DNA from: an uncultured Ignavibacteria bacterium
GTDB taxonomy: Bacteria > Zixibacteria > MSB-5A5 > JAABVY01 > JAHJOQ01
NCBI GenBank assembly: GCA_964415885.1
Contig: CAYQCE010000001.1
Coordinates: 8,871-72,870, forward strand
DNA: 64,000 bases
Reading direction: 5' to 3'
Shown: one piece after another, positions 51,590-58,866 of the stretch
Layout: each line of letters opens with the position of its first letter
Numbering within the stretch: the first letter of the stretch is position 1
Made by a program: the position numbers and the translations under genes
The notes under the pieces: generated by a model
Databases searched by the model: none
What the model was told of the DNA's origin: nothing
The model's input: only the letters and a program-made list of their open reading frames with translations

Positions 51590-51625
51590 CAAAAAAAGGC
51601 CTCACTCTTATCAAGTGAGACCTGT
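51590..51625 (-). terminator. Terminator-like hairpin oriented on the minus strand (A7 run + imperfect 9-bp stem), with no annotated minus-strand gene upstream
   Basis: aaaaaaa-ggcctcact-cttatca-agtgagacc. Read on the minus strand this is a hairpin followed by U7. Confidence 0.3.
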
Positions 51626-51876
51626 ATGGACGACTGAATGTCGAGTGTAGTCTATCTAAGTTGCGTGATCGAGCCGCCCGAAAGCTTGTTGCACCTTACA
51701 TAATGAGTTTACGGCCAGTCCGCAAAATAGTCAACAGGTGATTATCGCGTATATCGGTGCGTATTTTTGGTCTTGCCTCGAATGCTGTTCTGTCGTCGCT
51801 CGATTCGGCGTCGATGTAATCTATTGATAACTAACAGTGTGCGAGGCCCAGACATTATCACACACCGATTGGAGGT

Positions 51877-53457
51877 TTGGTTGTGCGAACCGGTGAGGGG
51901 CCGCATGGGGTGCTCGCAGACTGGCTTCCGGATGCGCTGGCTGTGATTCAGGATGGCCGGTGCGTCTCATTCAACGCTGCATTCGCAGAGCTTCTCGGCT
52001 ACGAGCGTGATGAGCTGAATGACAATCCTCCCGTGGACAATCTGCTCCGACCGCGTGGCATCAGCACCGTACAACAGTGGCTCGAAGCTGCCGGACGCAA
52101 CACGGAGTTGAACCGTATCGAGCGAGTCGACGCTGTGAAGAAAGGCGGCGACCTGGTAGCCTGCGATATCACCGTCAAGCCTGTTGAATTCGAAGATCGG
52201 CCTGCGCACGTTCTACTAATCCGTGATGTCCGCGAACGTGAAAGGGCAGAGCGCGATCTCAAGGTTACTGAGGAGCAGTACCGCCTGCTGATAGAGAGCC
52301 AGGAATTGTCTGTGCTCTTTTACGATACCGAGGGCACTCTTCTGTTTATTAACGACACTGCGGCAATGAATATGGGCGGGAAGGCATCCGACTTCACGGG
52401 CCGCCATATCACCGATCTCTTCCGGGATGACGCAGACTTGTTTATGAAACGCCAGAAGATCGTGGCGGAGTCTGGGGAGAGCATGGTCTCGGAGGACCTG
52501 ATCGGCTTTCCGGGCGGGAGCAGGTGGTTTCTATCGACGCTGCAGCCGGTGATTGACGACAATCAGAAGCTGGTCGGAATCCAGATAGTCTCGATCGATA
52601 TCACCGAGAGGAAACTCGCCGAAGAGAAATATCGCCAGACTAATGCCCAGCTTCAGGCTACGCTCAATGCGCTGCCGGATCTGATGTTCGAGGTCGACTG
52701 CGACGGGTTGATCTATGATTTTCGTGCGCCCCATCCAGAGTTACTCTACAGGAAACCGGAAGAGTTCGTGGGGCAGACATTCGCGGATGTCATTCCGGAA
52801 CCGGCGGCTTCGCTTATCATGGGGGCTGTTGAGGAGGCCGCGGCTACCGGGCAGAGCAAAGGTACCGAGTATTCGCTCGAGATGGCGGGCGAGCAGTACT
52901 GGTTCGAGCTGTCTCTTGCAGTTAAGGGTGATCTCCGCAGCCGCGACTGTCATCTGGTTGCGTTGGTTCGCGATATTACGGATCGCAAGCACAGCGAAGA
53001 GAAGCTCAAACTCCTCGCCGATGACCTGATGGCTGAGAGACGTGAATTGACAGAAAAGAACGTCGCCCTCAAGCAGATACTGGATCATATCGAGAGCCAG
53101 AAGAAGGATATGAAGCAGGAAATCTACCAGGATATCGAGAATGGAATTTTCCCGATACTCAGTTCCCTTCGGAAACAGATAGATTCGAAGCACTACGATC
53201 AGCTCGAGAGATTCGAATCCGAGGTTCGTACGCTGCTGTCGCTTGATCGGGATGAGTTCCGCAAGCAGTATGGCAAACTCACATCTCGGGAGTCGGAAAT
53301 CTGCGATCTGATCAAGACTGGCATGTCCTCGAAGCAGATAGCAGACCAGCTAAATCTCTCTATTCTCACCGTGCTGAAGCATCGCGAGAACATTAGGCGC
53401 AAACTCGGAATCTCCGGTACACAGTTGAGCCTCGCCACCTACCTTAGATCGAAGTAG
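51877..53457 (+). CDS. PAS-domain LuxR-family transcriptional regulator (paralog 3 of 3, two PAS domains)
   Basis: 526 aa. Two PAS regions (VIQDGRCVSFNAAFAELLGYERDEL; LFYDTEGTLLFINDTAAMNMGG), the conserved coiled-coil linker, and the LuxR HTH LTSRESEICDLIKTGMSSKQIADQLNLSILTVLKHRENIRRKLGI. The start is TTG at 51877 or GTG at 51883, after GGAGG. Confidence 0.8.
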   Translation: MVVRTGEGPHGVLADWLPDALAVIQDGRCVSFNAAFAELLGYERDELNDNPPVDNLLRPRGISTVQQWLEAAGRNTELNRIERVDAVKKGGDLVACDITVKPVEFEDRPAHVLLIRDVRERERAERDLKVTEEQYRLLIESQELSVLFYDTEGTLLFINDTAAMNMGGKASDFTGRHITDLFRDDADLFMKRQKIVAESGESMVSEDLIGFPGGSRWFLSTLQPVIDDNQKLVGIQIVSIDITERKLAEEKYRQTNAQLQATLNALPDLMFEVDCDGLIYDFRAPHPELLYRKPEEFVGQTFADVIPEPAASLIMGAVEEAAATGQSKGTEYSLEMAGEQYWFELSLAVKGDLRSRDCHLVALVRDITDRKHSEEKLKLLADDLMAERRELTEKNVALKQILDHIESQKKDMKQEIYQDIENGIFPILSSLRKQIDSKHYDQLERFESEVRTLLSLDRDEFRKQYGKLTSRESEICDLIKTGMSSKQIADQLNLSILTVLKHRENIRRKLGISGTQLSLATYLRSK

Positions 53458-53665
53458 CTGAACAGACTCTACCAAAAAAGAAGCGGCCGGCGAACTGAGA
53501 GAACGCCGACCACAGATCCAGTCCTATTTCGCCCTGAGGATAGGGCATTGGTAAGCAATTTGAAGACAGTACTAATAACGTCCGTTTATAGCAATAGTCA
53601 ACGTGGCGTTATTACGTATTTGACTGCGTATACTTACTCACAGCACGTTAACCGTTTCCTGACAG

Positions 53666-53705
53666 GCGGCTTGCGTCCCGTCGAGAACCGCCATCCCGGC
53701 TTTTT
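53666..53705 (+). terminator. Possible terminator (weak stem plus T7 run) downstream of the PAS-LuxR gene
   Basis: ...ggcggcttgcgtcccgtcgagaaccgccatcccggc followed by ttttttt. Confidence 0.3.
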
Positions 53706-53816
53706 TTGTTGATTTTCGTTCCTGATTGCCGTTGCGTTGGAGGATAAATTCGGATTCTGAATGCCATAACCGGGCGAGCACTAAAGAAGTCGTTCAGGTT
53801 TTTTGAATCGATCGGC

Positions 53817-54653
53817 GTGCATGTTCTCCCGGTGCATTTCTACAGCCCAATTCCGGACACCAGACTACTCAGGCAGAAACGGGAGCTGTTCAGGCGCGAG
53901 TGCAGCCTGCATGGGATCGATATGCGGGAAGATCAGCAGGTCGAGCTCATGGACCGTATCTGCCCGAAATACCGCGACGAGTACTCCGATTTCCCGTTGC
54001 AATCGAATGGCGATCCAACGCAGTATCATCTCGGGAACGGCAGTTTCGGGTACGCGAGCGGGCAGATGCACTACTGCATCGTGCGCGATCTCAAACCAAA
54101 ACGCATTATCGAAATCGGGTCGGGGCATTCCACGCTCGCTACGCTCACTGCTGTCGAGAGAAACGATGCCGAGACCGGCAGGCGCGCGAACCTGACCGCT
54201 ATCGATCCGTATCCGAGGGATTTGATCCGACGTCTCAACGGCTCCCGGTTGTCTCTCGTCCGGAGCAAGGTGGAGGATGTCGATCCCGTCATCTTCGATG
54301 AACTGGCGGATGGCGACCTGCTCTTCATTGATTCGAGTCATGTATCGAAATTCGGCAGCGATGTCAATTTCGAGATGTTCGACGTGCTGCCGCGGCTTGC
54401 TAAAGGTGTTGTTATCCATATACACGATATTCAATTCCCGTATGACTACTGGGAGTCGTACATCCTCGACGAACACCATTTCTGGAACGAGCAGTACGTG
54501 GTGCAGGCATTTCTTATGTATAACGACTCGTTCGAGGTTGTCTGGTGCGGGAGCTATATGACCGCGCGCCACCCGGACCTCCTCGAAAAACACTTTCCGC
54601 ACTTCGACCCCTCCCGCGTCCCGACGGGGCTGTATATCCGGCGGGTGAAATGA
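53817..54653 (+). CDS. Class I SAM-dependent methyltransferase (HVLPVHFYSPIPD-type family)
   Basis: 278 aa with a GTG start, confirmed by an in-frame TAA at 53745. The SAM-binding motif is RIIEIGSGHSTLA and the acidic loop is DLLFIDSSH. Confidence 0.6.
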   Translation: MHVLPVHFYSPIPDTRLLRQKRELFRRECSLHGIDMREDQQVELMDRICPKYRDEYSDFPLQSNGDPTQYHLGNGSFGYASGQMHYCIVRDLKPKRIIEIGSGHSTLATLTAVERNDAETGRRANLTAIDPYPRDLIRRLNGSRLSLVRSKVEDVDPVIFDELADGDLLFIDSSHVSKFGSDVNFEMFDVLPRLAKGVVIHIHDIQFPYDYWESYILDEHHFWNEQYVVQAFLMYNDSFEVVWCGSYMTARHPDLLEKHFPHFDPSRVPTGLYIRRVK

Positions 54654-54831
54654 AGATCATGCGTACCGATAGTCTCTGAATCTGCCTTGCCGATTTGCGC
54701 AACGATATTGGCTTACTGTATTTATAGCTGTAGCGGCATATCTGGTTGCAGGAACGGAAGCCGAGGATGGCTTCCGTTCCATGCGCCTGCACTTCTGAAG
54801 GTATTTAAGAGGAGAGTCTGTTTCATGTCAA

Positions 54832-57800
54832 TCAGCAGTCGGGGATTGAATCGCCATCCGGGTCGCAGGGGGCATCACCTCCCTGGAAGACATATGTTAT
54901 GAGATAGACGATATCATCGATGTCGACGCCCCCGGAGCAGTTGACGTCGCCGGACTCGACGGGATTTGGTGCCGGACCTCCCTGGAAGACATAGGCTATC
55001 GTATACACGATATCATCGATATCGACCGAGTTGGAGCCGTTTACATCGCCGCAGAACGTGGCAATGAAGATATCTGCGCCGATCGTGCCGTGGCTGTAAC
55101 CTATGGCGATATCATCCATTACGGTTGATCTCGTGAAGCGCAGGTGCGCCTCACCGACAGCATCGAGCACATAAAACTCCAGCCCGATTATTGCTCCCGG
55201 TCCGGCAAATGTGCCGTTCAGGACTCCAAAGTCAACGAGAATTGAGTCGCTCGGAAAGACCGAGGCGATAAGCATCGTGTTGTCCAGATGATCCGGATGC
55301 AGGAACACCTGTTGCGCCTGGAGCAACGTCTCATCGTACGTTATCTTGAAGGCTCCGGCCTCGACCGGATCGAAATCGTCGCTCAAATTGATCCAGAGTG
55401 TGCAGACCTGGGTCGGGTTCGCGTCGATGTAAGCCGGGTTGAGCGTGACGATTGCCGCTCGGTCACCGGCGCCTGTCCCGGTACCTGTCTTTTCCTTTGT
55501 GCCGCTCATGAACGGCGGCTGTTCTCCGGCGTAGGCGCCATCAAGACCGTAGTTGATGCAGATCACAGCCAGGTCTTCGATGTCGATACGGTTATCCGTT
55601 TGCGGAATACCTGTAGAGACTTCTCCGATTACAGGACCGATGTCTGCCTCGGCATTGTACGATGCATCTCCGTCGAGTGTCCGGTAAGCTGAGCTCAGCA
55701 CCAGTGTATCGCCTGCATCGACAATCCCGCTATAATCGAGATCACCGACAAGATAGCTGGTTGCGAGGATGGTGTCACTCACAGAGAGCGGAGAGTAGTT
55801 TCCGGCCGAATCGAACGCGAAAATGCTGTAGAAGAATGCGTTGCGATCCTGAGACGAGAGGTCATCGAAGTGATACTGTCCGTTGGCGCGGTACACGAAC
55901 CAGCCCTCGGTGTGTGTTAATGGGAATCCGGGCGGGTCCGGAATAAAGTCATCGAATTCGGGGTACGCGCCGACTCCCCAGGAATTCCGTCGGATTTCGA
56001 TACCACGGAAGGAGTTGTCACCTGTCGGGTTCTGCCAGCTCAGGAGGCAGGCGTCGTGCTTGGGTGTCACAGCGAAGCTCGATGGGGATTCGGGTGGGAC
56101 GGTGTCGTAGATGAACCAGTATGCAACGTCACAGTAACCCGTGCATTCGTTGCCGGCGTCATCGACGACCTTCAGGTATACCTCGTGCAAGCCCTGGCTT
56201 ATCCCGCCGGGTAGCTGGAGCGAAATCGTTGTATCGGTAGTGCTCGAATTATAGCTCCATATATCCATCCATGTGCCTTCACAGCCGTCAAGCTGATAGT
56301 ATGCTCGGTCGATTCCCAGATTGTCCGAAATCGAGATGTTCAGTATTGGTAGCGTCTTGAGATGCGATCCCGGAGACGGTGACTGAACGACCGCGTCATC
56401 CGGCGGAGTTACATCGTAGGTAAACTCCCAGACAGGTTGGCACGAATCGGAACGGGCATTTCCCGCGTCATCTGTAACGCGGAAGTAGACTGAGTGGGAA
56501 CCCTCGGATGGTGTGGGCAGCGACAACACTACGCCCGTGTCGTTCTGTGCGCAGTCACCAACCCACAGATCGATCCAGCTATCGCAGCCATCGACCTGAT
56601 AGCCTGCTGAGTACAGTCCGAAGTTGTCCGACAGACTCACATCGAGGGCGGGGACCGAATTCCAGGCCAGTCCGGACGGTGGCGAGGTCACTATCGGGGC
56701 GTTCGGCGCAGCGATGTCGTATGTAAATGTCCAGTAGCTCGAACACGAGTCACCGTTCGATTTGCCGAAGTCATCGCTGACTTTGAAGTACACGCTGTGT
56801 GTTCCTTCGGATGGCGACGGCAGCGAAATGCTCGCGCTTGTGTCGGTTACGCCTGAGTCGTAGTTCCATATCTCCGTCCAGTCGTCACTGCAGTTGTCCA
56901 CAGCGTAGTAACCGCGATCGATTCCTCGATCGTCGGAAAATTCCACATCGACTGACGGCGCATAATTAACGGGCGTGGATGGTTCCGGCGTCAATACGGT
57001 ATATGCGGGATCAAACCCATCATCACAGTAGTTCAGGCCGCCGTCTCCATACATGTAGTGATACTCGATCTCATCTTCGGTCAGCGCGCGGTCATAAATA
57101 GCCAGTTCATCAAGGTCGCCGTCGTACCGGAAGAACGTGCTGAAGGGTAGATGACCTATGTTCATCGGGACTACATCGTCAAAGCCTGCTGTGTACGTAT
57201 ACGATTGCGAACCGTCGAGCTCGCCATCCACATATAGAAGATTGATTCCCTGCATGCCGTCTCGAACGGCTACAACATGATGCCAGACACCGTCCATCAC
57301 ATCCGTTCCACCTACAATTTGAACTCCGGATGAACCGCCATCACGGAGCACATACCGAATTCCGCCCTGACCGAGAGCCTGGTCACAGTTGACGCCGACC
57401 CACCAGATGTTCAGGTTGCCGGAGCCTCCGCCTCTGCGGCCGATGATAACGTTGTTGAAGCTGCTTGTAGTTCCGGTACAGCCGGAAGTTTTGCGCATCC
57501 AGAATTCGATACTGAAGCTGGCATTCGGCCCCCAATCGAACGTGTCGTCGTCTGCAACGAGGACTTCGTCGTCCGTACCGTCGAAGTACTGCGCATTACC
57601 AACCTTACCGGTCGCTGGAGTCGGGCAGTCGTTCGAGCATGTCGCGGTTGTAGTGTCCCAGTAGTCCGCGTAAAGACCCGGACTTGCCTCATCGAGCTTC
57701 CAGTAGTGAGTAATCCCTTCGAGGCAGAGAGGGATATCGGTTACTTCGAGCGTGAACGGCTGCTGGTCCGATCCGCCGGAGTTTGTGGCCTCGACCTCTA

Positions 57801-58803
57801 CGCTATAAGATCCGGTTCCGGTCGGAGTCCACTCGATCATGCCCGTGACGGGATCGATCGTCATACCCGCTGGGTAAGTCGTCAAGCTGTACGTCGGCGC
57901 CGGTGTACCCGTCGCATCCACATCATACGTGTAGAGGCGGTCTTCCCGGATGCTGGTTGTCGGTGAAGTAACGATCTGCGGTGGTGTCACGGTTGAGCAG
58001 TAGCCGCTTCCGAGGTTGATCCCATCATTGTAGTGCGCTTCGATCTCAGTTAACTCGAGCGCGCGATTGTAGACGGCCAGTTCGTCCACGTCACCATCCA
58101 GATAATAGCCTCCGCTAAGATTGAGATACCCGACAGTGATTGCGGACGATGACGCGAACCCGTACGAGTATGCCGGCACGGCAACGGCGCTGTCGAGCTG
58201 CCCGTCAATGTAGACGAGGATTTGCCCGAGGCTGTTGTCCCGGACTGCGGCAATGTGATGCCAGTCCCCATCGGTTACGGAGACATTCGTGATAACCTGA
58301 TCGCCTCCACCGTCATCTTTCAGAACGAAGCGAATAGCGCCTTGCGGACCCTGTGAGCCGCTGCAGTTCACTCCGACCCACCAGAGATTCAGGTTGTTTC
58401 CTCCGGAGCCGTCATAACGACCTGCTACGATATTGTTGTAGTCATTCGCATTTCCGGTACATGTGGAGGACTTCCTGATCCAGAACTCAATTGTGAAATC
58501 CTGGTCGGCTGCCCAATCGAAAGTTGAGCTTGCCGGAATATCGATTTCGTTGCTGCCGTTAAACCGCTGAGCGCCGCTTACTATACCCGTAACTGCCATT
58601 GGGCATGAGCTCGGACACGACGCATCCAAAGTGTCATAAAAGTCGACATACGTCGGACCTCCGGATTCGTCGAGTTTCCAATAGTGAAGCATCGAATCAG
58701 GGCAGCCTTGTGAGAAGGCAGTGCCACAGACAGTGACAAGCAGTAGCAATGTGACTATTGGAAAGACGACACCAAGCCTCTCTGCCAATCTGAATTTCAA
58801 CAT
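54832..58803 (-). CDS. Large secreted multi-domain protein: two LamG-like (Laminin_G_3) domains, an Ig-like domain, four tandem ~100-aa repeats, a candidate internal dockerin-loop plus cohesin-like module, and a C-terminal dockerin-like domain
   Basis: 1323 aa. Signal peptide MLKFRLAERLGVVFPIVTLLLLVTVCGTAFS. LamG motifs are DGDWHHIAAVRDNSLGQILVYIDGQLD and DGVWHHVVAVRDGMQGINLLYVDGELD. Four repeats have the form YxxDGC..W..W...S..LP.PSEGxHSVYF.V.DDxGN. The internal segment is VGDLDYSGIVDAGDTLVLSSAY. The C-terminus reads [23 protein letters not shown]...[22 protein letters not shown]. Confidence 0.7.
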   Translation of the reverse strand: MLKFRLAERLGVVFPIVTLLLLVTVCGTAFSQGCPDSMLHYWKLDESGGPTYVDFYDTLDASCPSSCPMAVTGIVSGAQRFNGSNEIDIPASSTFDWAADQDFTIEFWIRKSSTCTGNANDYNNIVAGRYDGSGGNNLNLWWVGVNCSGSQGPQGAIRFVLKDDGGGDQVITNVSVTDGDWHHIAAVRDNSLGQILVYIDGQLDSAVAVPAYSYGFASSSAITVGYLNLSGGYYLDGDVDELAVYNRALELTEIEAHYNDGINLGSGYCSTVTPPQIVTSPTTSIREDRLYTYDVDATGTPAPTYSLTTYPAGMTIDPVTGMIEWTPTGTGSYSVEVEATNSGGSDQQPFTLEVTDIPLCLEGITHYWKLDEASPGLYADYWDTTTATCSNDCPTPATGKVGNAQYFDGTDDEVLVADDDTFDWGPNASFSIEFWMRKTSGCTGTTSSFNNVIIGRRGGGSGNLNIWWVGVNCDQALGQGGIRYVLRDGGSSGVQIVGGTDVMDGVWHHVVAVRDGMQGINLLYVDGELDGSQSYTYTAGFDDVVPMNIGHLPFSTFFRYDGDLDELAIYDRALTEDEIEYHYMYGDGGLNYCDDGFDPAYTVLTPEPSTPVNYAPSVDVEFSDDRGIDRGYYAVDNCSDDWTEIWNYDSGVTDTSASISLPSPSEGTHSVYFKVSDDFGKSNGDSCSSYWTFTYDIAAPNAPIVTSPPSGLAWNSVPALDVSLSDNFGLYSAGYQVDGCDSWIDLWVGDCAQNDTGVVLSLPTPSEGSHSVYFRVTDDAGNARSDSCQPVWEFTYDVTPPDDAVVQSPSPGSHLKTLPILNISISDNLGIDRAYYQLDGCEGTWMDIWSYNSSTTDTTISLQLPGGISQGLHEVYLKVVDDAGNECTGYCDVAYWFIYDTVPPESPSSFAVTPKHDACLLSWQNPTGDNSFRGIEIRRNSWGVGAYPEFDDFIPDPPGFPLTHTEGWFVYRANGQYHFDDLSSQDRNAFFYSIFAFDSAGNYSPLSVSDTILATSYLVGDLDYSGIVDAGDTLVLSSAYRTLDGDASYNAEADIGPVIGEVSTGIPQTDNRIDIEDLAVICINYGLDGAYAGEQPPFMSGTKEKTGTGTGAGDRAAIVTLNPAYIDANPTQVCTLWINLSDDFDPVEAGAFKITYDETLLQAQQVFLHPDHLDNTMLIASVFPSDSILVDFGVLNGTFAGPGAIIGLEFYVLDAVGEAHLRFTRSTVMDDIAIGYSHGTIGADIFIATFCGDVNGSNSVDIDDIVYTIAYVFQGGPAPNPVESGDVNCSGGVDIDDIVYLITYVFQGGDAPCDPDGDSIPDC

Positions 58804-58866
58804 CTCCTCTTTTACCTCCGGACAAAGTTCAGTATCAAATCTTACTGTTGATATCCCCTCCTGAAT

